From Marsupella aquatica (Eukaryota > Plantae > Marchantiophyta), in the NCBI GenBank assembly GCA_973895155.1, contig OZ316891.1, positions 24,985,899-25,049,898 of the forward strand: a stretch of DNA of 64,000 nt. Reading direction: 5' to 3'. A program made the position numbers and the translations under genes. Within the stretch, counting starts at the first letter, position 1. Each line of letters opens with the position of its first letter. This document shows, piece after piece, positions 21,145 through 33,938 of this stretch. The notes under the pieces are model-generated. The model saw only the letters and a list, made by a program, of their open reading frames with translations, did no database searches and was not told the origin of the DNA.

Positions 21145-24100
21145 TCAGGAGGGCCTAGTTGGTTTTATGGGAGCATCAGACAGATAAACTTCCAAGTAAC
21201 GAACTTCCTCCAGTTCAAATTCCAATGGCTGCAGGACTAGCGAAGAGGTCGAAAAATCCGAGGTGTACCCATCATCTGTTTGTGTTTCTCCAAAATGTGG
21301 TTCCGGAACCCAACTAACAGTCACCTTAGGCTTCCCAAATGAAAGCTCTTGAGATTGCCAATTAACCTGAACTTGAGCCTTATACAACCATGGTCGGCCT
21401 AACAAAACAGGAAAGCTGGATGGTATTTCCGGATTAATAACCACATAATCCAACAGAAAAGGGACACCAGCAATCAAAGTTTCTACTCTGGTCAGCTTCC
21501 CTATGGGTACCACACGAGACTGATCCGCCATGCGCAAAATCTTGGGAGTGGGCTCAAACTTAGTGAAACCCAAATTAAATGCTGCTGACTGTGTAATCAG
21601 ATTAACGCTGGCTCCTCCATCCACAGGAACTCTCCGAATGACACACCCCTGGATTTGAACCTCAATTTCCATCGGTCCTTTGTCCTCCCACTCTGTTCGT
21701 AGCACATCCACCGAAGGTAACTTCTTCTTCCTCCGTTTTCCTGCAAGGAGGCTCCTCAGCTGTCGCCTATAAACCGGATTGTCCTGTAATAATTCCCCAA
21801 TGGTGATATGTGCAGGATGATTCTTGACATCTTCAACAATATCATAACCTGGATTTTTCAGTGGCTCTTTAGCTTTGACTACTACTGGTGGGTTAGGAGA
21901 TTGCACTTGCTCCTTAACTAGCTCTTCCAGATGGTCTTTCACTTCCAAAGAGATGTCGGGCAAGAAGTATTTTGGGTCATATCGGTCATAAGCAGGGTCG
22001 TCTTCTTTGTCGAGGCCTTCCTTACATGGCTTGCGCCCTTCATCCTTGGGAGCTTTCGCGACCTTCTGATGCTCGTGCTTCTTGGTCTCCTTTTTCTTCG
22101 AACGAGTAGTTGCGTAAATATTAGTCAGAACTTTATCCCGATTCTGAACTCGATCATTCGGCATACCAACTACTTCAGGTTTCACTAAATGACTTACCAA
22201 GACATCAGGCACCACCCCGGATACTGGTTGATGAAAAAGTGAATCTGGCTTTAATTCCACCCGAGTTACATCCATATGTTGAATGAAGCTGCATTGCTCC
22301 ATCTCTTCAGAATAAACCATCCGAATCTTGGCTTCAGGTCGACTTGCTTCTTTAACTGGCTCTTGAGCAAATCGAACCATCAGCCTAGGCTTAGCCGGAT
22401 TCGGGCATTCCACCGGTAAGTGTCCTTCTTTTCCACAGTTCCCACAGACAGGTGTATACCCCACCTCCTGTTTGGGATAAGGGCACTGGGGTGAATAATG
22501 ATCAGGTTGGCCACAATTCCAACAAGCCCCTTTTTGACGCGGCATTCCTCGTGGTGGGTATCCTCCCGGGGGTCCCATGGGTGGTCTTGACGTTGGTTTA
22601 TTGAAAGTGGGCTTAGGTGGTCCCCAAGTCGGTCTGGAAGCAGGAGGTGGTGGGAAATACTGTCCAGGGGGTGCTGTTTGGACGGTATACGTGGGATCGT
22701 ACTCATACTCCTCAGCCTCTTCTTGACCATCTACATAATTCACCGGGGTTCGTAATGTGGGGCACTCGTTCGGGTAATGGCCCTGCTGACTGCATCGGGT
22801 GCACCATACGTTCATTCTCATGGGAGCAGGCAACCTTCGTACTGGTTTTACCGCGGCGATATTGACATTCAACTTGGACAATTGGCCAGAGAGTTCTTCC
22901 ATCATGCGATCCATCTTCTTCTGGTTGGGAACTTTATTATTCCCTTTTACAGAGGATTTCTTCTTTTTAGGAGCAACGGATTCTGAGTCGGAACTTGAGC
23001 TTGAACTATCACTAGTGCTCGAATTTGTACTCTCGTCCTCCTCACTAGTGCTACTTCCACTTGATTCCGTCTCCGAGTCAGATTTAGACCTGGACGTTTT
23101 CTTCTTCTTTCTTTTGTCTTTCTTCAGGTCCTTCTTAACTCATTTTCTCTCTGAAATCTCCGAGTCTACGTACTTCTGGGCTGCCTCTTGTACTTCTTCC
23201 AAAGTGGTGCCACCTTCTCGTCTCACGTAACGAGCAATCCTGGAGGGTAAACCGTTAATAAACCAGTCCTTGATAGTAGATTTCGAGGTAGCTGGATTAT
23301 ATTGATCTACCAAATCCAATAATTTGTCGGCATATTTCCTCACAGACCCATGTTTCTTCATGTGCAGATGTGAGATTCGGGCAAAGGCACGCGCAGCTGC
23401 TCCTTCTTCTTTATATTTGGCCAAGAAAGCAGCCTTCAATTTCCCCCAATCCTGCTTGTCCGGAAAACGGTCATACCATTTCTGAGCACCCTTTTTCATT
23501 AGACCACCAAACAGATTGGCTTTTTCAGCGTCTTGACTCTGTCCATTGGATGCAGCTGCAGCTTCAAATTCTTTCAAATACACCTCTGCATCCTCCTTGG
23601 AAGTACCGAAGAACCGGTCGTACCTCACATTATTTCGAGCCATCGTGGTTGGAGCTAGGAGGGTAACGAAAGGAAGAGCTGATCGGGTAGCAAATGGGTT
23701 TGGGCTGCCCAAGCCTGAACTGCTGCTTGTCTCACTAGAAGACGAACCACCGGCTTCACTCAGTGGTTCTGGATTATCCAATTGTGAAAGATCGACAGAA
23801 TTATCTTGGGCCAGCGATTCTGCAACTGTATTCTCGGGCAAACCCAAATTTCTTCCTTCGGTATGAGATAAGGCCCTCTCAGTGGTACTATCCACACCAG
23901 AGTCAATTTGGTTCACCGAACGTACTGTCTGCTGGCGGAGCTTGGTCTTTTGAGAACCAATAAGTTTTGGACCTGAACGAAGATTTACAAACAGGGGTCG
24001 GGTCGACGTGGGCCTTTCCAAAGAGCCACTTGCCTCTTGAATAGATCCCACTTGTTTCCACACACTACCCGGTGCAGGTGCTCCTGGTGACTGGAATTCG

Positions 24101-24198
24101 GGTAACAATGTGCGAGGGGTCACTACTAATTTTGCAGCATCCGAATTACTGGAGGTCTTGGTAGGTTTTCTTTTATTCGGTGGATCTCCCTCAGACAT
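21145..24198 (-). CDS. gag: Gag-protease of element B, with one in-frame TGA at 23140-23142
   Basis: Retrotransposon gag core (WYD..W.KLKAAFL, WFINGLP), three CCHC knuckles, protease VPVDGGASVN..LLGRPWL. ORFs at 24198, 22914 and 21123 share one frame. Confidence 0.9.
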
Positions 24199-25392
24199 CC
24201 CTCATTCTCCAAGCACGGGTGATTTTGAGACACCAGACCCGCTCCTCAGGAGTCTTTATGCAAGGAGTCACCATTTAGGTGCGACGTTATCACCCCACTC
24301 CGGGAGATATGAACCTGCTTCCTCAAAGTGACTTCCCGTAGCGTCGTTCAACATCCCTTGCATGATTCCTCCCCCTTGCTATCCCGTAGCTAATACTTCC
24401 CTTCAGTGACCAGCCGAGATTCTAAAACCTCGTTTTCTCTGGTGCGTCCTTCAGGTTGAGACGCGGAAAGGCACACCAGAAGCGTCGCGCACGTTGGTTC
24501 GTCACAGATTCCACCGGACGCTGCTCACAGCGTCCACTGGGATCGGACGCTACTCGAAGCGTCCTGACTTGCGGAATCTTCTGGGACGAATCGCATTGGA
24601 CGCTCTTCGCGGCGTCCTTCCTTATCTCCTTTACGGTGGCGATTACTGGAACCGGGCGTTCCCCATAATCTCCGACTTCCTTCACCCTGAAATTTCTTTA
24701 CCACATGGTACGCTACACTAGGCCATCCTACTAATCAGACGTCTAACTCCTTCCTAATCTTCTACGCAATTCCTGGTGCATGATTCTTTCCGCTAACTCC
24801 CGAATGGAAATGACTAAATATCACTCCTGTGTGATCCTACCATTCAGCCTTAATATTACTAAATGCAAACTTTCATCTTCCCACCAGGTGATAGTTAACC
24901 AATGTATGCCATTCCTCCCTCTCAGGCTCAGAACCCAAGAATTAACATAACGATTCCTCAAATTCCTAATTCTTAATGTTCCCAAAGATCGGATAGGTGG
25001 CATCGGTCACACGAACCAGGATGGTTGGACAATTTTACAAATCATACGTCCCGAGCAACGTTAGAATAACTTCACTTGTCACTCAAAGTGTCTTTGGTGT
25101 CTTCGACTATCTCCAAAGCAACTTGACGAGCAACAGCTCCTCTCTGTGAGGCCTTTTCTGGTGGGAGGGCGGTTTCTTCTCTTAAGTTTGGCACCACAAA
25201 TTTTTCCAATACTCTTAAGAGAGCTTCCGGGGCGCTTTGGATAGAGTACGGCATCACCTCGAAATGGAAGCTCTTCATCTTTTTAACTGGAGTGATGACG
25301 CATCTTCACAATTATAGTAGAACGTGAATTCCTCTCCCGTCTAGCTCCTTCTGGCATACACTGCCTGTACGTCAATTCAATCTTAAATTCGT

Positions 25393-25410
25393 TCCCCGAC
25401 AGCGGCGCCA
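25393..25410 (-). promoter_or_regulatory. Primer-binding site (tRNA-Asp type) of element B
   Basis: TGGCGCCGCTGTCGGGGA, 6 nt from the 5' LTR. Confidence 0.85.
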
Positions 25411-25416
25411 AAAAGA

Positions 25417-26774
25417 TGTCGTATAGTGCTAAGTATCAAAAGTGACTCTCCTCACCTAAAACCAGGGTTTCGATCCCTTTAAGAACAGATTTCAGAATGA
25501 ATTGTATAACTTTTATCACTCCGAGTGATTTAGAGTCTTGAGCTCTATGTTGACTTCACTTCTCAATAAAAAAATCGAATAAACAAACAACAAAGTAACT
25601 GAACTTCTGATTTATGAATTAGAGAAGAAATGAGTAAGGATTTAGAGACTACAAGCTACTGCCACTCCTTCAGAAAGGATTTGGGCTCAGTATAGACATG
25701 AAATCTATCTCATAATTCATCCATCTCACTCTTCAAAACACAAAGGTTAATGATAATGGAATTCTCAATCTGATGAAGCAGAAGCTTTCTGATTGCAAAT
25801 GAATGATATGATTTAAAATGCCGTCAACATGGTTTGACATCAGCGATACGCAATTCAGTCAAACTCTAAACCATATTCCAGAATCAAAGCAACAGTACTA
25901 ACTACTCTGAGAATCAGAATTTACTTCTCATTTATCATTAACTATTCTTGAATTGGCTAGCGAATCCCGACTCTGCAAGCAAGCCTAGCAGTGAATTCAA
26001 TACGAGTTTCAGAAATCTGCAACTGAATTCAATCACCACAGGAATCTCTTGAATTCAATCTTAACTTCAATCAATATAGCTTTACTTCCATACAAAACAC
26101 TCACAGCATGCCTTGTTACAATGGAAGGAGGAGAAAACTATTCAGAAGACTCAATTCTGAATACAGTATTAACTCTATTTCTCTCTACTTCAAATGAGCA
26201 TTCTACTCTGTCTTATAAGTGTTGGAATCCTAAAATGGAGGAGGTAAGAACAGTCGTGCCTTTCCAAGCTTAAAACTAAACAAGGGAGAAGCACAGCATA
26301 AGTACTTCAACAAGGGTGGTAGAATACTACTTTACTAGTAATCTACTTCAAAAACTAAGTGTTGAGCGGACGCTGCTAGAAGCGTCTTAAGTAAAACCAA
26401 CGGACGCTGCTCACACTGCTCACAGCGTCAATACTAGGGTGGACGCTGCTCACAGCGTCGTGTGTTGAAGCTGACGCTTTCCACAGCGTCGGTCGAAATC
26501 CTCATAGAGTCTTGGTGGCGGTCGGGCACTGCCAAAAGCGTCATGAGGAGGTTGGACGCTTCCGCAGCGTCTTGAGTAAAAGAAACGGGCGCTGGTCACA
26601 GCGTCGGGCAAAGTACACTAGGAATCGTCAGGAAAGCCGGAGATGTCAAATATTTCTATAAGTGTCCAGAACAAGTAAATGTTGGCCGGAAGGTGTCTAA
26701 AGTGTAAGTAAATCTTGTGATATGCTAAAAATAAACAAGTTTCCAGAAAAAATTGCAGGGACACCCATACCACA
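25417..26774 (-). repeat. 5' LTR of element B (1358 bp)
   Basis: Direct repeat of 13262-14648. Confidence 0.95.
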
Positions 26775-28120
26775 CATAGCTTGATTCCTTCTCAGCAACT
26801 AGGTCTATTCCAATCACTCAGCCAAGCAGGTCTCTCTTCTCAATTTTGCAACTGCCCACCTCTGCAATTTTGCAGCTAGCAGCAATCCTATTTTGCAGCC
26901 ATAGCTCTTCAATTTGCAACATCAGCCCTCTTCCTTGTTGATCCGCTAATCAATTCTTATGCAGTAGTCCATTTGATCAGCCGCCAGCCCTTCAATTTCG
27001 TAGCCCACCATAGCTCACAGCCAGCCAACTAGCTCTTGATCAGCAGCAGCCTATTTCTCCATAGCAAGCAGCTCTATTCCAATCAGCAACATCGAGGCAG
27101 CCAGCCAATTCTGATCAGCATCCCATGCCTGAAGCTATAGCAGCTCAATTCAATTTCGTATCTGCCTCTTGATCCCAATTCGAAGCAAGCATCTCATGTA
27201 TTGACCCTTATGCTATTCCTGACCTCGTGCTTGAGTCGCCCCGGCCTCGTGCTTAAGTCGTGGTCGCCGCCGACACGGTTGACACTTAGAAAAAAATTTG
27301 GATTTTTGTTGTTGAGAAAACAGTATTTCCAGGCCGTTTTGGACCACCCCCAAAAATCACACATGAGTCCAAAATGACTTCTAAGTAGATCTACATATTC
27401 TCTGGACATAGGACTATGTCCTGGTTTACTAATATCTAAACAAAACGTTATCACCGATTTTATAAAATTAGGTAAAGTGGGTCAATTATTATGTTTTCCA
27501 AAATTCTTCTCACCTTTGAGATGCTCCCAAAAAGTAACCAAAGATACCCAGCTTCTACCACAAAATTCCAGGGATAGAGTGGACCATATTGAACCCACTT
27601 CCAAACTTGGAACTCCTAAATTTACTCATCAGCTATTTTTCCCGGGACCCGCTATTTTGTTAATTTAAGTCACACCAAAACACAAGGAAACCCTAGGTTG
27701 AGACCCCACTTGACATCTAACTTTTTAGGGGTGCTCTAGGGACCTCCTAGCATCTATGGGAAAAATATGAACCAAAACTAAGACTTCAAGTGTCAGGTTG
27801 TTTCCCCGGCTCGGAATAGTCGCCTAGTCTAAATAAGGACGGAACGTTGTATGCCCCATCATAAAGACCTTTCTTATCCCTTGTCACTTGCTTAGAACTC
27901 AGTAACCTTCCATTCCACTATCTTTCCTATTCTACCTACTTAAGTTCCTAAAACCTAGTTACTTCGATAGCACTTAAAATGTCTTTCTTACTATTCCTTG
28001 TTCAAAAAGCAAAAAAAATGACAAGTTTCTTACATAAACCTATATCAAGCCATTCCACACCTACTACAATGACCTTCTTTATGTCTTCATGTACAACATG
28101 ATCCATTAGGTTTACAGAAG

Positions 28121-31100
28121 CTACACCTGCAACGATTCATAAATCGCTTCTAAAATGTCTGAATCTAGTGTGTAAAATCTAGCACCTTGTCCCTTGCCTC
28201 CCTTGGTCACCTCACATGGTGTCAAACCAAATCGAATGTGAATTACTTCCCCTGGATGGCAGTAGTTGAAAGGAGAAGCAGAATTGAAGACGAACTTGTT
28301 TTCTGATCCTTGATATGGTTGGAACCACCTTCCCTTTAAGGCCATGTCCCCTACCTTGAATTGTACCTTGTACCCATCAGTGAAACTCTTTGTGACTGTT
28401 TGGAGCACCTCTTCACACTGATAAATGTAGAAATCTACATTATCTTCATTTGGTTGACTTGCACAGCATGCATAGAAATCTCCCAATTGGACACATTCTG
28501 GTAGAGTCAAGCCGTCCTTCGCCCTCTCCCAATCATGTTCTCCACATCAACTCTGACATCTGCTTGCAATACCCCTTTGATCATCTCCAGGCAATACTTG
28601 CCTACCCATTCCTTGTTCTCACAATTCATTGGATCTTCATCAACACAAGCTACACAAAAACAACTGAGCTCCCAAACTTGCAACAGTGTTGACAGACTCT
28701 TACTAAATCCATCAAAGCAGTGCAAAGATCTACAATCCTTGATTGGATCACAATCCCACTTCTTCCTTCTATTTACAGTGCCAACAGGAATTTTCCAAAA
28801 TATACGTCGAACAAGCAGCACATCACCATACTCCTGCAATTGACCAAGGGCAAACTTGTCCTTGCAAAACTTCACCACATCTGATGCACCCTCTAGACGA
28901 TGACCATTCATGCCTTTTAGTTGCTCAATTGCAAGCCCGGTCTTAAGCATCCTATTAAAGCATACACAAAACACAGATTAGAAAGTTTCTTACTTAGACT
29001 GCAAGTTTGGTCATCCAATTCCAGTAGATACATCACTCATTAGAAACCAACTAAGGCATGCATAGAAGTGGGTGTAGATACTTACAACAACACCCTTCCC
29101 ATGGCCAGAGGCATGGAAGAACCATTTCATCCGTGCACCAAACCGGGAGTAGTACCTACTAACGTAGTAAAATGGTCTGCAGGCCTTGAACTGAGATGCC
29201 GCCCCATCAGACCAAACCCAGTGTTGATCAACATGAATTCCCTGATTAGCCATCCACTCCCAGTGCGCATCCATGCAGTGTTGCACAAAAAGAGTGTCAT
29301 GACAATTATCATCACTAATGTAGAAATGGTAATCTGCTATAATATCACGAGTTTTATCAACATTTTGTGTTGCTTTCACAGGCCTACCCACTGCAGCTTC
29401 AAGTGAATTGGCATCTTCCCTGTGTCTATAGGTAACATGGATTAACAATGTCACTTGCTTATTGTCCCAATGTTGACTTTGAATCTCATTCTGAGGCAAA
29501 AAAGTGTAATTTTTGGAGAAATCTATTGAAGAAACAATTGTCCCTCTTGGAAATATTTTCAGACATTGTCTAAACTGTTGTGATTGCCAATGGGCTCGAA
29601 AGTTATGCACAATAAATGTCTTCATGGTATCCATTACTGCTCTCTTAAAATCAACCATGGGAGTTTGCTTATAAACAATCCTTAATTGCCTAGACTTCTT
29701 TGTTGCACTCTCTTCAGCCCCTTTCTTTTTTTCTCTCTTCTGTTGGGCAGTGTCATCCAGGTCATGATATTCAAATGTTTGCCATTTGATCATTTGATTT
29801 TGTGCAGGGTCCAGCTCTTGAGTGCACCAATCCAACTTCTCTACTCCACATTCTTCATATTCACCCATAATACAGGCTTTTTGGTGCCACTCTGTCTCAG
29901 GCAGTCTATGACAAAGAGCTTCCTCTATCCAGCCACGAACTGAGGTTATGGACTTTGAAGATGCCATACAAGAAGAGATGGGTATAACACCCAAGGGTCT
30001 ACAGGTATCACATTCACAAGGACAGTCCTTACTGTGCTGGTGCCGCATGAATTTGTTAACTGCCTCTTTGAGTAAGTCCATCTCCACATGTTGTTTGCAG
30101 CAACAAACATTTCTGTCTTTCATCTTACGAACGTAATATGGCTTGAAGTATATAAATGACCGCATCCCTATAGACACCCCATTCTGCTCCCTTGTGCACC
30201 AGTCACAAAATGCTGAAAGAAATTGGAACTACACATATACAAGACATACATTATTTTTGTTAGAAAGACTGTTAGGAACGGATACCCTCAAATGTGCAGC
30301 CACAAAAACCCATGTATGTGGACCGTACTACTACTTACTGAAGGACTTCTATTCTACCTGCAACTACAGTCCTTCATTAAGGGTCCGAGCTCTTATTGGA
30401 AGACTCTACCAGGAGAGGTGAAGGACTAAAGTTCTTAGGGAAGGAGTAGAATCAAACTGGAAGGACTCAAGTACTCAATGCACTCGACTTAAAAACTTGG
30501 AACAGGAGTCCTCAGAAGAGGACTATAGTCCTTGAAAAAGGAGTATAGTCCTTCAGAAAGGACTATAGTCCTCGGAAAAGGAGTAGAGTCCTTCAGAAAG
30601 GACTATAGTCCTCGGAAAAGGAGTAGAGTCCTTGGAAAAGGAGTAGAGTCCTTACGAAAGGACTATAGTCCTCGGAAAAGGAGTAGAGTCCTTGGAAAAG
30701 GAGTAAAGTCCTTGAGAAAGGACTATAGTCCTTGGAAAAGGAGTAGAGTCCTTGACAAAGGACTATAGTCCTCGAAAAAGGAGTAGAGTCCTTGGAAAAG
30801 GAGTAAAGTCCTTGAGAAAGGACTAGAAAGGAGCACAGTCCTGGGGAAAGGAGTAAAGTCCTTGAGAAAGGACTCTAGTCCTTGGCAAAGGAGTATAGTC
30901 CTTGAGAAAGGACTATAGTCCTCGGAAAAGGAGTATAGTCCTTTGGAAAAAGAGTATAGTCCTTTTATACAGTCCTTTGGAAGGACTATTAAGGTCCTTG
31001 GGGAAGAACTACAGTCCTGACCATAGTCCTTCATCAGTTAAGGACTATTAATAGTCCTTGACTAGGGACTACTAACAGTCTTTAGTCCACAAAATTTATT

Positions 31101-32474
31101 CAAATCTTATCTTTACAACACACTGGGTAGCGATCACAATGGCTGACTAACGAGGAAAATTACTCATCAAGGAGTGGAGATAAGGGTTCAATCAAATCTG
31201 GCAAAATGGACATAACAGTTACATCAATTACATAGAGTTTCTCACCTGTGTATCCTCCAGCCAGTGCACTTGATGTGTTTGAACCATTTTCCGTCCTAGT
31301 CGCAATCTGGCTTCATTATTCTTACATGGAGAAATCCTAGTGTTTCCCAAAAGTGTTCCACTTGGATTCAAACTTCATCAGAAATCTTGTCTCGACGTAC
31401 CTTTCTTTCCCCCATAGGATACATTTTTTTACTGTCTACATCAATCTGTATCCTCATCTTAGATGCTCTATGAAGATTTTGCCGTTGTATACCCAAAGCT
31501 TTCGCTAGAGAGGTCTGCTGCCTTTTATCTACACATGTCTTTCCTACAAGTGCTGACAGAACTTGGTACTTTGCAGTGAGGTGGTCTTTGCGCTTCCCTG
31601 GCTTCACTATGCTCAAGGTTTTTCTCACATCAATCAATGCAACAGCTACAGCCCCATCTACTTTAGGTGAACCTAGTCGTGTCGGCTGGTACTTCTTCAA
31701 ATACTTGTGTAACCAGACCCCAGATAGTACTGCCCTCCTTGCACCTAGATTGAATGTAGCAGTCTTCTCCAGAATGTACCTAACTATATCTGATGAGACA
31801 GCTGTAATACACCTACGCTTTTGATTGGGAGTTTCAGCAGCAGCAGAGCGCTTCTTCCTTTCATATTCAATTCTCTTCCTGCCTGCATCCTTCCTTCTCT
31901 TCTCAAGCATGGCAGCTTGCTGCACTTGGCAATCACAGCCAGAGTTGTGATCTTGCTCACCTTCATTAAGTGGACCAATGTGGGCTGCCTGCACTTGTCT
32001 GCAATCAGTTTGGGTGCTTTGTTCTACCATTTGAATGTGGGCATCCTGTTCTAGAATGCTTGCACTTAGGGACCCCTGCCTAGACTCTAAAAGCTCGGCA
32101 AGGCATGAATGTGCAGTCTCCATAAGAATTTCACTTTCTTCTTGGGCTGTACGCAAGACCATAGTGGCAGCTTCATGAGCCTCATTACTAATTTTGATCA
32201 CCTCTGATTGCCCAGCAGCCAATATCTCTCTTCGCCTTTGGTTGCCATCAATTACTAAATCTTGGCATTGTTGCTTTGCACTCTCCATCATGAGATCGCA
32301 TTGCTTTTGTGCTTCAAGAATCATTTCATCAGAGAGAGATGGTTGGTGACCACCTCCTTGCTGACCACTTGCTATCTGCTCTTGTTTTTTCAACTTGGAT
32401 TTGCGGTTCGCCAATCTTTGCTTCGCTAGCTTCTCTCTTGCTAGGGCATCAGATACCTGATTAATTGTGACCAT
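28121..32474 (-). pseudogene. Intron-containing DDD/E transposase, Sola2-like; exons about 32474-31246, 30228-29086, 28951-28121, with stops and frameshifts
   Basis: KPYYVR..RNVCCCKQH, IDFSKNY..QNEIQSQHW..QVTL, ISDDNCHD, WSDGAASQFK, FFHASGHGKG, LSCFC..C. The Sola2 assignment is from recalled motifs; TIRs were not found. Confidence 0.72.
30500..31085. repeat. ~21-bp tandem array built on the palindrome AGGACTATAGTCCT, inside an intron of the Sola2-like gene
   Basis: Alternating AAAGGACTATAGTCCTCGGA and AAAGGAGTAGAGTCCTTGGA units. Confidence 0.9.
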
Positions 32475-33579
32475 TTTGGCCTACTCATGTAACATAAAGA
32501 AGGGACTGAAAAGCTCTACACGGCCCCTGCTCCCACTCTTTGCTCGCATGTCAAGGAGCACAATGCAAATTAACACGCGTGACTCAACATCGGCACGATC
32601 AAAGGCTTGAAACAATCACAGTAGTCCCGCTTTGACAGTCCCACTTCGATAGCCTGGCATTGAACTTCCTTGTCACCTAGTACATACCATGCATTTCAAT
32701 TTATAACGAGTACCTCACAAAATCTGAACGCATTTAATCTCTCCTGCTACCCTTCCTGAGGCCAACGCAACCTAGATCTGTTCTGTTCTCTTGAAAAACA
32801 AAAGCGAACCTGCATTTATTAAACTATTTCAATTCTGTCGATTCCAATGCAACTTCAGATCCTATTTCCAAACAAAAGCAAAGCAAGATTTAAAGTGGCA
32901 CCTGGTGATTGAGTGATTGCTCAACCATCCTCTCCGTGCTCACAGCGTAATCAAATTTGCAGCTTGATTGGCCCTCTTTCTTTGCTTGTTCCCGCCGCTC
33001 CTGTCTAGATTTGAATGTCATTCGCCAAGAGAAGGCTCTAGACGCTAAATTAAATTTGCAGCTTGACCAAGGCCTTTCTTTTTGCGTTGAACATCAATGT
33101 CTGTTTTCGTGCTTGATTGGCCTTTGCATCTGGGCTCACACCGCATGACTACTCTTCGACTCAATTCAACCCATGTAGCTAGACGTGAATGCAGCAATTC
33201 TAGAGGACTTTGCTACCCATTTGCGCTCCACAAGGCTCAGATTTGATACTTTCTCGACGAGTTGCAAGTGGAAAGACAAGAATCTTGAACACCAAAAGCG
33301 CCCGAGTACTTTCATCTACCACTACTCTGTCCCGCACCTAAGTCCAAAGGAGTCTGACTCCTTGTTTTCAAAAAGTCCTAAGGGAACGAATAGCACCGAC
33401 ACTCTCCCATAAAACCAGTTGTCCAACCATAAAATACATGTCGAGACAAGAAAGGAGTTCCCTTGGGATCTCAACACAGTAATGAATGCGCCTCATACAT
33501 ATTTGATTTGTAAAAGTACTTTTTGCTTTAGATCAGCCTAATCTTGGCCGTTGGCAGTGTAAGGACTTTTAAAAGGAGT

Positions 33580-33938
33580 GGAGACATTTTTGCCTCCTTT
33601 GGTAGTCCTCAATCATGCAATCCACCAAAAATATTTACTTGGCAAGCTAGTCCTGAACTCTGTCCAGACCCATGCACAGATCAGGCTGAATTAGAAGTCA
33701 GAAGAATAATTCAACTTACAAAGATTATGGAAGCCATACCTGATTCATTCGCAGATGCAGCGAATGATACTAAATCTCATATTCCGACAGCAAATACCCC
33801 ATCCCAGATTCAAATTGGAACTCAGTTAGCTTCTGATCAACAACTAAAACCCAAGAGAGGACGCCCTCTAGGGGCTGTTGACAAACAACTCAGACAAAGG
33901 CAAAAACTACCAACAACACATGAAATGAGACCAGAAGC
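33580..33938 (+). pseudogene. Ty1/copia (Bianca-like) polyprotein fragment, IN-RT linker, left part
   Basis: DPCTDQAELEVRRII..IPDSFAD..TKSHIP.AN.P..KRGRPLG. The frame continues at 45050 once element C is removed. Confidence 0.75.

Larger units (their letters stand above)
13262..26774 (-). mobile_element. Full-length Ty3/gypsy non-chromovirus (Athila-like) LTR retrotransposon B
   Basis: TG...CA LTRs, 5-bp TSD CATAG (13257-13261 and 26775-26779), tRNA-Asp-type PBS, PPT, gag-PR-RT-RH-IN order and an extra ORF. Confidence 0.95.

Noticed and set aside
23140-23142. Programmed readthrough at the first TGA in gag of B
   Set aside because: The context TGA-GTT-AAG is not a known leaky signal and it precedes the zinc knuckles; more likely a point mutation.
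13056-27195. CAG-rich flanks of element B (13056-13261 and 26780-27195) as a polyQ gene
   Set aside because: No sustained ORF or splice structure; low-complexity sequence of unknown origin.
30500-31085. CRISPR array or coding repeat (ORFs 30532-30768 and 30723-31034)
   Set aside because: No unique spacers; the ORFs are translations of the minisatellite, which lies in an intron.
27195-33540. TIRs delimiting the Sola2-like element, or a MITE at about 27213-27820
   Set aside because: Only a 7-bp CTATTCC/GGAATAG match was seen, with no convincing TIR pair or TSD.
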